Assembly: GCA_026392035.1 (NCBI GenBank)
Contig: JAPLCX010000085.1
Location: forward strand, 1,335 to 65,334
DNA length: 64,000 nucleotides
Direction of reading: 5' to 3'
Origin: Candidatus Auribacterota bacterium
Lineage (GTDB): Bacteria; Auribacterota; Tritonobacteria; UBA1439
The translations under genes were made by a program, and so were the position numbers. The notes under the pieces were generated by a model. The model ran no database searches and was not told the origin of the DNA. It saw nothing but the letters and a program-made list of their open reading frames with translations. Shown piece after piece: positions 46,416 through 57,709 of this stretch. Each line of letters opens with the position of its first letter. Position 1 is the stretch's first letter.

Positions 46416-47508
46416 GGGTCACACCCTGAATACTAACTTTGATACTTTTGGAGACTCCATATTATTCTCGTAATACGATTGCTCAGCACTTCGTCTATTT
46501 TGATCCTATTTTTAATCCGGTTATGTATTTTTGTAATTGCTTCCCCACTAATCCCACCCAATTCAATGCCCATCTCGCGAAGGTTTTTCTTTCTTAGGTT
46601 CAACCTGTGGCTAATTTCTAATAGTACCTGCCTCGCCTCTCGGGACTTAGACCTACTCTTAATTATGTCATCGGCTCTAACTCCATACTCCTTTGCCACC
46701 TCCGCGGCGATTTCCTCGATAGGAACTGCCCTATTAATCGACTTCAAATGAGTATAATCCCTAGGATTTGGTGCTCTATGTGCCACGAAGTTCTCATTTG
46801 CCCAGGATATAAAATTATCAGAACCTAATATCGCATTGGCCTTTGTTTCCTTTAAGGGACTCAACAATTCTTTTTCGAGCCCTTCCCAGACAAACTGCCA
46901 GTATCTCTCCCTCCCTTTCTTATCATCTCCACCCATATAGCCCAATACTTCACCATATTGCATAAAATCATCTCTGTATTTTAAGCGAATATAACCGCAC
47001 AAGCTGCTCCATTGATAATTTTTCAACACTTTCGCCTTTTCTTCTGGCGGAAAATATTTATATTTCGCGAGTCTCACAGGATTTAGATGTATATACCGGC
47101 TCAGTTGCAATAAATATTCATCTGCATCCACCAGTATGGCCTTGAAACGTCCCTGGTAAAGGTGCCCATGCCGCTGATGGCGCAAGTTGAAATAGGTAGT
47201 ATATGCCGTGCTGAATCGCTGCATAAATCGGCTCAGATTCGCTTCCAATGTCTTTAATAAAAAATGGAAGTGATTGGTCATCAAAACATAGCAATGCAGT
47301 TGCACCTTAAATAGCTTCAAGCTTTCCGTCAAGACCTGGAGAAAGTGCTTGCGATCGTTGTCGTCACGAAAAATGACAACTCCCTCATTACCTCGGGAGG
47401 TAACGTGATACCAAGCATTGCTATATTCTATTCTCAATGACCTGGCCATAAATAAATTCTACCAAAACCCATGTCGAAAGGCAAAAGTTAGTATTCAGGG
47501 TGTGACCC
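46416..47508. mobile_element. RAYT element bounded by 25-bp perfect inverted repeats
   Basis: GGGTCACACCCTGAATACTAACTTT at 46416-46440 and its reverse complement at 47484-47508. Confidence 0.85.
46433..47449 (-). CDS. REP-associated tyrosine (Y1/HUH) transposase with C-terminal DnaA-C-like HTH
   Basis: YHVTSRGN, YVLMTNHFH (HUH), QGRFKAI, YIHLNPV; stop codon falls within the left IR. Confidence 0.92.
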   Translation of the reverse strand: MARSLRIEYSNAWYHVTSRGNEGVVIFRDDNDRKHFLQVLTESLKLFKVQLHCYVLMTNHFHFLLKTLEANLSRFMQRFSTAYTTYFNLRHQRHGHLYQGRFKAILVDADEYLLQLSRYIHLNPVRLAKYKYFPPEEKAKVLKNYQWSSLCGYIRLKYRDDFMQYGEVLGYMGGDDKKGRERYWQFVWEGLEKELLSPLKETKANAILGSDNFISWANENFVAHRAPNPRDYTHLKSINRAVPIEEIAAEVAKEYGVRADDIIKSRSKSREARQVLLEISHRLNLRKKNLREMGIELGGISGEAITKIHNRIKNRIKIDEVLSNRITRIIWSLQKYQS

Positions 47509-48126
47509 TGAAGTTCTTCCTGAGAGACTTTCCTTGAAAGGGAGTCTATATATGAGGTACGTGATCTTCGTTCCGCCCAGGTACTTGTTCACAGCATGCT
47601 GCATGCCAATAAACAGAAGCCCGACCTCATTCTGAGCCAGGGTTCGGTCTATCCTCCGGGCCATATACCTGTCACGCTTGACCAGCAGCTCCCCGGCAAC
47701 TTGCTTAAAATCCTGGATGGCCTTCAGCTTCTCTTTTACGGTTGAGGCCTGGTACAGCTTCTTCAGGCCGTTATATTCCTGCATCAGGAGGCCCGGGTCT
47801 TCCGTCCCCTCCAGTTTCGCCCCCCTCTCAATCAGATCCAGAACAATCTTATGGTTCGGACTCCCCTTCCCTGCTATATCCCGCACTATCTCCAGCTCCT
47901 TGCCGCAGATCGGGAGGCCATCCTGATATATCCTCAACCTCTCATACGGTAAGTCCATGCTGAATATCTTCTCGCGCAGGCCATCCCACATCTCCCTGAT
48001 TACCCTCTTATGAAGCTCCCATTTCTTCTTCCCGTATTTAGCTATATACTCTCTTCCCGCAGATTCCGACAGGCTTCCCATGTCAACTTCCGTATGCACA
48101 ACGGGGGCGTAGATCAGCTCTCTCAT
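47488..48126 (-). CDS. Uncharacterised receiver-associated protein
   Basis: YAPVVH, IYQDGLP, EGTED, RDRYMARRI, LLFIGMQH; C-terminus (GSHPEY*) is supplied by the right IR. Confidence 0.78.
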   Translation of the reverse strand: MRELIYAPVVHTEVDMGSLSESAGREYIAKYGKKKWELHKRVIREMWDGLREKIFSMDLPYERLRIYQDGLPICGKELEIVRDIAGKGSPNHKIVLDLIERGAKLEGTEDPGLLMQEYNGLKKLYQASTVKEKLKAIQDFKQVAGELLVKRDRYMARRIDRTLAQNEVGLLFIGMQHAVNKYLGGTKITYLIYRLPFKESLSGRTSGSHPEY

Positions 48127-48522
48127 CTATCTCTGCCTTCTTGTCGCTTTCCCGGGAGCTGATTTCAACAACGCCTCTCTGACGACTGCCTTTATCAGAT
48201 CCATGTCGTATGGTTTGGTGATGTAATCGAATGCGCCCAATTTCATGGCTTCCCGGGCCGTATCAACGTCGGCATGGGCGGTTATCATAACAACAGCTAT
48301 CTTTTTATCCCTTTGCTTTACCCGCTTGAGCAGCTCTATCCCGTCCATCCCCGGCATCTTGATGTCCAGGAGGACGAGGTCCGGCTTTTTCTTCTTGATC
48401 CTGGCCAATGCCGACCGGCTGCTGAGCGATGCGGACGTGTCATAGCCGTCATCGGTCAGGATATCCCGGAGAACATCACACGAATCTACCTTATCGTCCA
48501 CTATCAATATCTTTTTCTTCAT
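48127..48522 (-). CDS. Single-domain response regulator
   Basis: ILIVDD, DIKMP, ITAH, KPY. Confidence 0.92.
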   Translation of the reverse strand: MKKKILIVDDKVDSCDVLRDILTDDGYDTSASLSSRSALARIKKKKPDLVLLDIKMPGMDGIELLKRVKQRDKKIAVVMITAHADVDTAREAMKLGAFDYITKPYDMDLIKAVVREALLKSAPGKATRRQR

Positions 48523-48834
48523 GCCGTACGGACTCCTCTTCCAACAGACCGATCCCCGGCCCTGCGTCAATTTTTCCGACTCTCGCATTGTTCGCGTGCG
48601 TGTGTTGTAACTTATTTACATTTTATCAACAGATTCAAAACGAATCAAATATAAAGCTTGTTCGAAGCCTGTTCGAAGTGGAATTGTTAAAAATTTCGCT
48701 GCCGGATTTGCATTCTCATAAGATATGTGCGATGTTTCAAGCAGCTAATCAGTGAACAGTCATTCACACATTCACATCATGAGGAACAATTTTCCGGCAT
48801 TTCTGCCGGGTCGGCAACCAGGAGACTATTCCAA

Positions 48835-49335
48835 ATGCAGAAACGATATCAACATATTAGCAGCGCCGCTCGGTTAAGGCTGGAGATGATCAGCATGATC
48901 ATGCTCGCCCTGTACGTTCCTCCGCAGGCTCACGCAGGCCTCGCAATCAACATGAAAGTTATACAATCTATCGAATCGAACGGCGACCCCTTTGCCTTTA
49001 ACCCACAGACAAAGTGCTATGGCCTTTATCAGATCTCGGAATACTGTTTAGTGGAGTTCAACCGGGCACATGGGACACGCTACATGCCAAACGATTTATT
49101 CAATCCGCGTATCAATGAAATGATCGCAGTGTGGTACTTCGCACGACTACAGCAACTCCCCGATTCTTATAATATCCCGATTTCAATTACTACAATCATC
49201 GCCCTGTACAACTGGGGGATCGGGAACGTGGTGAGGTGGCATAGAAATGGTGCGTCATTTGAGGATTTGCCCGAACCCACGCAATTGTATATCGAACGTT
49301 ACTACAGGCTGGCGGCGGTGATGATCTCAGAATAG
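48835..49335 (+). CDS. Lytic transglycosylase (SLT-like), exported
   Basis: IES (catalytic Glu), GLYQI, LFNP..N, YNWG.G; AGGAGA RBS. Confidence 0.8.
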   Translation: MQKRYQHISSAARLRLEMISMIMLALYVPPQAHAGLAINMKVIQSIESNGDPFAFNPQTKCYGLYQISEYCLVEFNRAHGTRYMPNDLFNPRINEMIAVWYFARLQQLPDSYNIPISITTIIALYNWGIGNVVRWHRNGASFEDLPEPTQLYIERYYRLAAVMISE

Positions 49336-49371
49336 AGTAGCTGCACCCCTGTAACCGCCGCACCGTAGCAT

Positions 49372-49632
49372 CTATCCGGCGGCCATGATCGGCACGATGG
49401 CAATGTGGTCCCCGTCTTTCAAGGTGTGACTTAAATCGATACATCCTCTGCCGTTCACGAAAAGCATGGTGTATTTCTGCGCGGTAAAATCGAACTGGTA
49501 TCGCGCCTTGATATATTCCAGCAGCTCGCTCACGGTGGAGCACGTCAATTCCAGTTTAACTTCTCCGCTGCCAAAGTGGTGCGCTAATTCACTGACCGTC
49601 TGGAGTGTGACTCTCAATCGCCTTTCCCCCAT
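49372..49632 (-). CDS. MoaD/ThiS-family ubiquitin-like sulfur carrier
   Basis: beta-grasp pattern, VNGR, LKDGD.IAIVP; ends AAG, not GG. Confidence 0.8.
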   Translation of the reverse strand: MGERRLRVTLQTVSELAHHFGSGEVKLELTCSTVSELLEYIKARYQFDFTAQKYTMLFVNGRGCIDLSHTLKDGDHIAIVPIMAAG

Positions 49633-49690
49633 TGAACGCAGGTGGATCCCCGAGCGCGTTCAACTGGCCCCGTAAATAACCCTGCGCCAC

Positions 49691-50605
49691 TCATGAAGGG
49701 GCGAGGTCTATCTCGGACATCCTGCTCTCATCGAGATCGAGATAGAGGAGCTTATTCCGGATGAGCTCCCCTCTTCCCGTAATCAGCTTGACCGCCTCCA
49801 TGGCCTGCAGCGCGGCGGTAACCGCGGGAGTTACTGAGGGCGTGCCCAGCTCAACCTCGATGCCGGCGCGGGGGATATGCTGACCCCCCTCGTAAAAAAC
49901 CGCCAGCCCCCCATCTCCCGGGCATACCGTCATTATCTCCCCTACGAATCCAGCGACCGCGCCGTGGACAAATGGCACCCCGAGCCGCCCCGCCGCCTCC
50001 TGGAGGATGAGGCGCACGGGTATGCTGTCCAGCGCGTCAATCACCAGGCAGCATCCCATGATGAGGGCATCAATGTTATCCCTGCGAATAAACACATTAT
50101 GTATCTCCACCTCCACTGCCGAGTTTATCTGGCACACGCGCTGCCGTGCTGCTTCGACCTTGCTCCTGCCTACCCATGCTTCGGCGCAGAGGATTTGCCG
50201 GTTGAGATTATCCTCGGTGAACGTCTCTCCATCGATCAGCACCAGCGTGCCTATGCCCAGCCTCGCCAGGAGTTCGATGATGAGCCCCCCAAGCCCGCCT
50301 GCGCCTACAACCGCCACCCGGGCACGGCGCAGCTTCAATTGCCCCTCGATCCCCAGGCTCCCGATATTGCGCTGGTACCTCAAAGGGATAACCCCCTCCT
50401 CAAGCGCCGCGATCTCAACGTCCCTCCTGCTCACCCCCATCGCCGAGGATATCGTCTCCACCGCGCTGAGGGAGAGACCACGGAACTCCTTCCCCGAAGG
50501 CGCGATCCCGCCCTCTGCCAGGCGGTTGATTCTCTCAATGAGAGATCCCTTCGTTTCCATGACGCTCCTCACCCATCCCACCTGCTCGACCCCGAATACA
50601 GGCAC
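49691..50605 (-). CDS. HesA/MoeB/ThiF-family E1-like adenylyltransferase
   Basis: RYQRN, VVGAGGLG, D...F...NLNRQ, DALD; start may be ATG 50560. Confidence 0.9.
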   Translation of the reverse strand: MPVFGVEQVGWVRSVMETKGSLIERINRLAEGGIAPSGKEFRGLSLSAVETISSAMGVSRRDVEIAALEEGVIPLRYQRNIGSLGIEGQLKLRRARVAVVGAGGLGGLIIELLARLGIGTLVLIDGETFTEDNLNRQILCAEAWVGRSKVEAARQRVCQINSAVEVEIHNVFIRRDNIDALIMGCCLVIDALDSIPVRLILQEAAGRLGVPFVHGAVAGFVGEIMTVCPGDGGLAVFYEGGQHIPRAGIEVELGTPSVTPAVTAALQAMEAVKLITGRGELIRNKLLYLDLDESRMSEIDLAPS

Positions 50606-50637
50606 CTATTCCACCTCGTCGGTGGACATGCGGTCCG

Positions 50638-50862
50638 CTATACCGCCTCCACCCGCTTCACCTCCGGCACCTTGGCCTTTATGGCGTTCTCCACCACATG
50701 GGCCAATGTCATCCGGGCGCCGGGGCAGCCGGCGCACGCCCCTGACAGCCTCACCCTCACGACGCCGTCCTCCGTAACCTCGACGAGCTCCGCGCTCCCA
50801 CCGTGCATTGCGAGCATCGGCGTCACCTCCTCGTTGAGCACCTTCTCGATTTTATCGCGCAT
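50638..50862 (-). CDS. NifU C-terminal domain (Nfu-type) Fe-S carrier
   Basis: P.L..HGG..EL, L.GAC.GCP. Confidence 0.9.
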   Translation of the reverse strand: MRDKIEKVLNEEVTPMLAMHGGSAELVEVTEDGVVRVRLSGACAGCPGARMTLAHVVENAIKAKVPEVKRVEAV

Positions 50863-50895
50863 CGTCCCTCCCTAGGGCGGCCTACGGCCGCAACC

Positions 50896-50919
50896 AAATC
50901 CCAAATCCCAAATCCCAAA
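50896..50919. repeat. (AAATCCC)3 heptamer array
   Basis: Perfect tandem units. Confidence 0.7.
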
Positions 50920-50957
50920 CTTCTATGCAAAATGAGAAGAAGTTATGATGTAAGAAC

Positions 50958-51293
50958 CTAACGCACTCTCACTTCCTTGTCTAGCCACTTGAGATAATCC
51001 CGGTTTCCCCCGACAATGGGCAGGGCGATAATTTCGGGCACTTCATAGCTATGGATCGCCTTCACCTCGCTGATCAAACGGGGGAGCGACGAGGCGCGAG
51101 TCTTTGCGATCAGGAGGTATTCACGGGACCTCTCCACGACGCCCTTCCACCAGTACAAGGACTCACCGCGAGGGTAAATGCTCACGCAGGCCGCTCTCCT
51201 CGCGCGGAGGAGCCTCTTCGCGATCGCCGCCGCCTCCCCTTTTTTGTCGCACGTCATGAATACTATCACCTGCTGATCCGACTTCGGTTTCAT
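50958..51293 (-). CDS. cutA: Divalent-cation tolerance protein CutA
   Basis: AACV, S.Y.W.G.V, H.YEVPEII. Confidence 0.92.
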   Translation of the reverse strand: MKPKSDQQVIVFMTCDKKGEAAAIAKRLLRARRAACVSIYPRGESLYWWKGVVERSREYLLIAKTRASSLPRLISEVKAIHSYEVPEIIALPIVGGNRDYLKWLDKEVRVR

Positions 51294-51304
51294 ATTATTC
51301 GCAC

Positions 51305-51500
51305 CACAGTCGACAGATGGATAACCACTGAAAACACTGAATACAGTCACTCCTTGAACATTCCGCTTCGCACTTTTAATTGCTGAAATAATCCGCGTTC
51401 ATCCGCGAAATCTGTGGTTCCAAACCTCGAGCCATTGAGAACAGTGAATATACCGAATTATTGCTATTTTTTCAGTGAATTCAGTGCCTTCAGTGGTTCA
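51305..51500. repeat. Nested inverted ~9-bp arrays (CCACAGA/ATCTGTGG and CCACTGAA/TTCAGTGG)
   Basis: Same style as 5319-5439. Confidence 0.55.
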
Positions 51501-52052
51501 TTTGTATTCTTTCAAGCCGATGAGGTTCAGGAACTCCATCCGGGTCTCCTGTCGGCTGCGAAAACAGCCGAGCATGGCGGAGGTTACGGCGCGGCAGTGC
51601 TGCTTCTCGACGCCCTTGAGCACCATGCAGAGGTGGTGCGCCTCGATCACTACCCCCACTCCCTTTGGTTTCAGGTGGTGCTGGATAGACTCCGCGATCT
51701 GCGTGGTGAGGCGCTCCTGTATCTGCAAGCGCCGCGAGTACGCATCGACGACCCTGGCGATCCTGCCCAGGCCGACCATCGCCCGGTCGGGGAGATAGGC
51801 GATATGGCAGCGGCCATAAAAGGGCAGGAAGTGGTGCTCGCAAACGCTGAGCAGCTCGATATCCCTGAGCACCACCATTTCATCGCAGATGTCCGCACTG
51901 ATATCAGCGCTCAGGATGGCTCCTACGTCCTCCCTGTAGCCGCTCGTGAGAAACGACCAGGCCTCACGGAGACGCTCGGGCGTCCTGCGGAGGCCTTCGC
52001 GGTCGGGGTCCTCCCCGATCGAGGTGAGCCACTCCCTGAGTAACTCCTTCAT
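51498..52052 (-). CDS. folE: GTP cyclohydrolase I
   Basis: GL.RTP.R, S.CEHH.LPF.G, RLQIQERLT, H.CM. Confidence 0.96.
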   Translation of the reverse strand: MKELLREWLTSIGEDPDREGLRRTPERLREAWSFLTSGYREDVGAILSADISADICDEMVVLRDIELLSVCEHHFLPFYGRCHIAYLPDRAMVGLGRIARVVDAYSRRLQIQERLTTQIAESIQHHLKPKGVGVVIEAHHLCMVLKGVEKQHCRAVTSAMLGCFRSRQETRMEFLNLIGLKEYK

Positions 52053-52058
52053 GGGGCG

Positions 52059-52316
52059 CTAGTGCCTCTTCTTTTTAAACAAGCCGATCCGCTCAGCAAT
52101 CTCACCAAACTCATCCATCGAGACCGTATCGAGGGTCTTTTTCCTCTTCTCGAGTTCCTCATTTATTTTGATCGCCTTCTCCTGCATCTCCCCGTGTGTG
52201 TCCTCCGAGCCGCCGAAGAGGTGGAAGTTGTCCCCGCGGGTGACACGCCAGATGCCATCCTTGCAGTCAAACCCGAGACCCAGCAGAAGCCTTTTGAGGA
52301 ATCCTTTATCTTTCAT
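52059..52316 (-). CDS. Hypothetical protein
   Basis: LLGLGFD..DG..R.T.G.NF.L.GGS...H..MQEKA; overlaps the folE RBS region. Confidence 0.65.
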   Translation of the reverse strand: MKDKGFLKRLLLGLGFDCKDGIWRVTRGDNFHLFGGSEDTHGEMQEKAIKINEELEKRKKTLDTVSMDEFGEIAERIGLFKKKRH

Positions 52317-52345
52317 AATACCCAAGATGTCCGAAATTAGGCTAA

Positions 52346-52478
52346 AAATCCAAACTGCAAAATCCAAACTTCAAAACAAATCCCAACCACAAACTGCAAA
52401 ATCCGAAACCTGTCTATGCGCTATGCTCCCGGTGTTATCCTGCATCCTGTCTTAAATTGGCATTTGGGATTTGATTTT
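52346..52478. repeat. Inverted heptamer-like arrays (AAATCCA/AAACTGC ... ATTTGGG)
   Basis: Visible periodicity. Confidence 0.55.
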
Positions 52479-52681
52479 CACATGCTCAAGCTCCCCGCCC
52501 GGGAACCCATGCTGGACATCTTGCCCTGGAATTTCTTATTGATTTTGTCCATGCGGTCATTATTCTTCTCGTCTATGGTCTTCCCCTTGTAGTCATAGTA
52601 TTCATACCGGTACGCGGTCGAACATGACGAGAGGGACAGGCCGCTCAGCAGGATAACTATCGCACACGTCACTCTGCGCAT
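52478..52681 (-). CDS. Small predicted lipoprotein
   Basis: MRR + hydrophobic stretch + LSSC lipobox. Confidence 0.6.
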   Translation of the reverse strand: MRRVTCAIVILLSGLSLSSCSTAYRYEYYDYKGKTIDEKNNDRMDKINKKFQGKMSSMGSRAGSLSM

Positions 52682-53361
52682 GTAAATGTCCCGAACTCCT
52701 CCGGATTCAAAACGCCACCCCAGTAGGCGCCGTATACCGCCTCCCCGATCTCCCTGAGGACGGTAATGCTCTGGGGGCTGAGCAGCGCCGCAATCCTGAG
52801 GCCTCCCAGATTCACCAATCCGGAGGGCGCATGTATTATCTCAAAATGGAGCTGGTATTGAAACTCCTTTGGCACGCGCATCGCGTTGCCGCTCCTGCCC
52901 ACCGTGCCGATCCGCTGTCCGGCGTCAACCCACTCGCCGATGGCGCGCGGCGACTCTTTCTTCAAGTGGGCATGGAGTGTATAGAAGTTATTCAAGTGAT
53001 CGATGATGACCGTGTAGCCATAGCCCCAGTCAGCGCCGCCGTTCATCTCGTTATAGCAGATGACCCCCGCCGCCGCCGCCCTCACGGCGGTCCCGGGGGG
53101 CGCAATGAAATCAATCCCCTTGTGATAGCTGATGCCGCTCCTCCGGACAGCCCCGAACTCGCCCTCACCCCTCCTGATCGCTCCCCCGCGCACAGGTTCT
53201 GCCGCGAGGCGGAACCCCCGGGCCTCCCTCGCCGCCTCAGCGGAGTCGCGCGGCCGCCAGTCGAACGCCCAGATCCGTTTCACAATCGAAGGATCTACTT
53301 CGGATGGGACTGGATTCGCTGCAACGAGCATGCAGAGAAAAAACTGAATCCACGCAGTCAT
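52669..53361 (-). CDS. M23-family metallopeptidase
   Basis: HKGID, GYG..V.I.H, HAHL, HFE. Confidence 0.9.
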   Translation of the reverse strand: MTAWIQFFLCMLVAANPVPSEVDPSIVKRIWAFDWRPRDSAEAAREARGFRLAAEPVRGGAIRRGEGEFGAVRRSGISYHKGIDFIAPPGTAVRAAAAGVICYNEMNGGADWGYGYTVIIDHLNNFYTLHAHLKKESPRAIGEWVDAGQRIGTVGRSGNAMRVPKEFQYQLHFEIIHAPSGLVNLGGLRIAALLSPQSITVLREIGEAVYGAYWGGVLNPEEFGTFTCAE

Positions 53362-53392
53362 TCAACCTTGCACTTTCGACTTTAGACCGTTG

Positions 53393-54157
53393 TCACCGCC
53401 CCCGCGCCAGCGTACAGACGTCAACCGCACGGGCGCCGCCCCTGAGGAGGACCCGCACGCACTCTCCAATCGTCGCGCCGGTGGTGAACACATCGTCAAT
53501 GAGGAGGAAATGCCTCCCCTCCACCAGATTTTCCCGTTCGACCGCGAACGCGCCCCTGACATTTCTCAATCGCGCTGCCCTCGTGAGCGTGATCTGAGAA
53601 TCGCGCTCCTCAACCCGGTTGAGCGCCCGATGCGCGACGGGCACTCCCATGCGGGCGCCCAGCTTGCGGGCCAGCGCCTCCGCTTGGTTAAAACCGCGCG
53701 CGCGGAGTTTTGCCCGGTGGAGCGGCACGGGCACGAGGCCGTCGAACGCGATCCCGCAGAATTCCCGCGCGGCACACTCAGCCATGAGCAGACCGAGGGG
53801 GCCTGCGAGCTCGCGTTTCCCTCCGTATTTAAATAGGTGGATGCACTGCATGAGGCCGTCCTCGTACAACCCAGCCGAGCGGCAGATGCCGAAGCGCGGC
53901 GGGGTAAGCCTGCACTCACCGCAGCGTGTATCAAAAGGAACCACCGCCTGGCCGGGGATGGGCCTCCCGCACCGGGGACAGAACGGCTGGCGCAGTCGCG
54001 GCAATTCGCTCCAGCATATATCGCAGAGACAGAGGGCGTGCCCCGGGTCAAGGGGTTTCATGCACAGGGCGCAATGTGCCGGAAACACAAGGCTCAAGAT
54101 TCCGCGCCACAGGGCTGCAAAAAGAGATTGGGTATTGCCCGCGCTCATAGCTGCCAA
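53393..54157 (-). CDS. comF: ComF family (double zinc ribbon + PRPP-binding fold)
   Basis: CALC, CDIC, CPRC, CGEC; VP.PL, RGFNQ, IDDVFTTG.T. Confidence 0.88.
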   Translation of the reverse strand: MAAMSAGNTQSLFAALWRGILSLVFPAHCALCMKPLDPGHALCLCDICWSELPRLRQPFCPRCGRPIPGQAVVPFDTRCGECRLTPPRFGICRSAGLYEDGLMQCIHLFKYGGKRELAGPLGLLMAECAAREFCGIAFDGLVPVPLHRAKLRARGFNQAEALARKLGARMGVPVAHRALNRVEERDSQITLTRAARLRNVRGAFAVERENLVEGRHFLLIDDVFTTGATIGECVRVLLRGGARAVDVCTLARGR

Positions 54158-54208
54158 CGCCCACAGCTCAAACCAAGGTATGCTTGAGCCTTAGGCTTTG
54201 GGCTGTAG

Positions 54209-55495
<1,287 letters not shown>

Positions 55496-55522
55496 CTAAT
55501 ATGCAATCTGCTCATTGCAAAT

Positions 55523-56689
55523 TCACAGTCCTGCTTCTCTCCTCAAGAGCGCCGCCTTGTCGGTCTTCTCCCAGGTGAACGCGGGCCCCCGGCGCCCGAA
55601 ATGGCCGTGCCGCGCGGTCTCTTTGTAGATCGGCCTCCTGAGCTTCAGGTGGTTAATCATCCCAGCGGGTGTGAGCGGGAAGTGCCTGCGGATGAGCGCG
55701 CTGATCTTCGACTCGGGAATCTTGCCGGTCCCCTCCGTATTCACAAAGATAGAGAGCGGTTCGGCGACCCCGATGGCATAGGAGAGCTGCACCTCGCACC
55801 TGTCAGCGAGTCCCGCCGCGACAACGTTCTTGGCGATGTAGCGGGCCATGTAGCTCGCGCTCCGGTCAACCTTCGTGGGATCCTTTCCGGAAAACGCCCC
55901 GCCGCCATGACATCCCCTCCCCCCGTAGGTGTCCACGATGATCTTGCGCCCCGTCACGCCGGTATCACCGGAGGGCCCGCCGATGACGAAGCGGCCCGTC
56001 GGATTGACGTGGTAGATCGTCTTCCGGTCAAGCATGCCTTTTGGCATGACAGGTTTTATCACCTTGTTGATTATCTCTTTCCGTATGACGGCGTGGGGAA
56101 TCCCGTCCCTGTGCTGCGTGGCGATGACCACCGTATGGACACGGACAGGCCTGCCGTCCTCGTACTCCACCGTGACCTGAGATTTGCCGTCCGGCCTCAG
56201 CCAGGGGATGATCCCCTTCTGCCGCGCGAACGCCAGGCGCTCGACCAGACGGTGGGCGAGGTGGATGGGGAGCGGCATAAGCTCAGGGGTCTCACGGCAG
56301 GCATAGCCAAACATGAGTCCCTGGTCGCCTGCCCCCGCCTCCTTGTGCAACCCCTTCCCGGCGGTGACGCCCTGCGAGATGTCGGGTGACTGCTTGTGTA
56401 CGGAAACGAGCACCGCGCAGTTCTTGTAATCGAATCCCATCTCCCCGCTCGTATAACCGATCTCCTTGATCGTCTGCCGCGCTATCTCCTGGTAGTCAAT
56501 CTCCGCGCTCGTGGTGATCTCGCCCGCGATCAGCACGAGCCCCGTGGTGAGGAGAGTCTCGCACGCGACCCTCCCGTACGGATCCTTGGCGTACACGGCG
56601 TCCAGGATCGCGTCGGATATCTGGTCCGCGATCTTATCCGGGTGACCCATCGTGACCGATTCCGAAGTGAATAGGTATTTTCTAGCCAC
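55523..56689 (-). CDS. metK: S-adenosylmethionine synthetase
   Basis: [26 protein letters not shown]; GTG start 56689. Confidence 0.97.
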   Translation of the reverse strand: MARKYLFTSESVTMGHPDKIADQISDAILDAVYAKDPYGRVACETLLTTGLVLIAGEITTSAEIDYQEIARQTIKEIGYTSGEMGFDYKNCAVLVSVHKQSPDISQGVTAGKGLHKEAGAGDQGLMFGYACRETPELMPLPIHLAHRLVERLAFARQKGIIPWLRPDGKSQVTVEYEDGRPVRVHTVVIATQHRDGIPHAVIRKEIINKVIKPVMPKGMLDRKTIYHVNPTGRFVIGGPSGDTGVTGRKIIVDTYGGRGCHGGGAFSGKDPTKVDRSASYMARYIAKNVVAAGLADRCEVQLSYAIGVAEPLSIFVNTEGTGKIPESKISALIRRHFPLTPAGMINHLKLRRPIYKETARHGHFGRRGPAFTWEKTDKAALLRREAGL

Positions 56690-56759
56690 AGCAACCTCCA
56701 TTCTTTCTCTGCCTGCCGCGCTAACTCTAACGCATCCAACCGCACACTGTCAATAAAGC

Positions 56760-56850
56760 AAACTCGAAACACGAGATTCCAAATCCTCAATAAATTCAAA
56801 ACCGCCAGTTCAATAATTTGAGTTTGTTTAGAGTTCAGGGTTTAGTGTTT
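56760..56850. repeat. Degenerate inverted heptamer arrays
   Basis: aaactcgaaac...aaatcc / ttagagttcagggtttagtgtttc. Confidence 0.45.
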
Positions 56851-57594
56851 CTCTCTTTTCGCTGTATACAGTGCGTCCGCCCTCCTGTACATCTCCAGGT
56901 CCCCGATATCATACCAGACGCCGCTGAACACGCAGGCGTACACGGGCTCTCGCTGATACAACCATTTGATGAAGTAACCTGGCGCGTCCATCTTATTACC
57001 CTCTTCCGCGTATACTCGAAAGAGCCCCAGTTTTTCCCTCGGGAACAGGTACATGCCGATCGCGGCGAGTGTCGAGGGGGGATCCGAGGGTTTCTCCTTG
57101 AAATCCACAACCCGGGAGTTCCTGTCCACTGCCAGGATGCCGTAGAGTTTGGCAGTCTCCCTGTCACGCACGTCGTATGCCGCAACGGTGGCGCCCTTGT
57201 CCCTGAAAAACGTCACGATATCCTTGAGGTCAAGACCAAACAGATTATCACCCAGCACCACGAGGAGATCATCGTCAACGCGCTCCCGCTCGAGTACAAA
57301 TCTGATGTCGCCAATCGCGCCGAGCTTGTCGTCGTCCGAGACCGTCCCGTCATCAATGACCTCGATCGGCGCGCGCATGCCCTTCTTCCGCGCCCCGGCC
57401 CACTCCCTGAAGGATGCGGAGAACCTGCTGTTCGTCACCACATAAATACGGTCTATCTCCTTAACGGCATCCAGGGCATCGGTGATGTAATCTATGATCG
57501 GTTTCCCGGCGATGGGTAACAGCGGTTTGGCCCTATCCTTCGTCAGAGGGTAGAGCCGCGTCGCGTACCCCGCCGCCATGATGAGCGCCTTCAT
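56842..57594 (-). CDS. NDP-sugar pyrophosphorylase-family nucleotidyltransferase
   Basis: AAGYATRL.P.T...KPL, GDNL, EKP, W.DIG. Confidence 0.92.
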   Translation of the reverse strand: MKALIMAAGYATRLYPLTKDRAKPLLPIAGKPIIDYITDALDAVKEIDRIYVVTNSRFSASFREWAGARKKGMRAPIEVIDDGTVSDDDKLGAIGDIRFVLERERVDDDLLVVLGDNLFGLDLKDIVTFFRDKGATVAAYDVRDRETAKLYGILAVDRNSRVVDFKEKPSDPPSTLAAIGMYLFPREKLGLFRVYAEEGNKMDAPGYFIKWLYQREPVYACVFSGVWYDIGDLEMYRRADALYTAKREKH

Positions 57595-57648
57595 ACGATA
57601 CCTCCCGTAGATTCCCGCGCGGGATGCCCCGTTCCCCGGTGATCTTCT

Positions 57649-57679
57649 AAAAAAAAAGAACCCACAATTGCCCGGGTTC
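57649..57679 (-). terminator. Intrinsic terminator in the 5' leader of the nucleotidyltransferase-metK-ahcY operon
   Basis: GAACCC-N10-GGGTTC followed by T9 on the minus strand. Confidence 0.6.
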
Positions 57680-57709
57680 CCTCACGGATCAGGATCACAG
57701 ACCGCACAT

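Noticed and set aside
9500-49370. Integrase-bounded genomic island with att sites
   Set aside because: No integrase, tRNA or terminal direct repeat found by eye; only composition and gene content suggest an accessory region.
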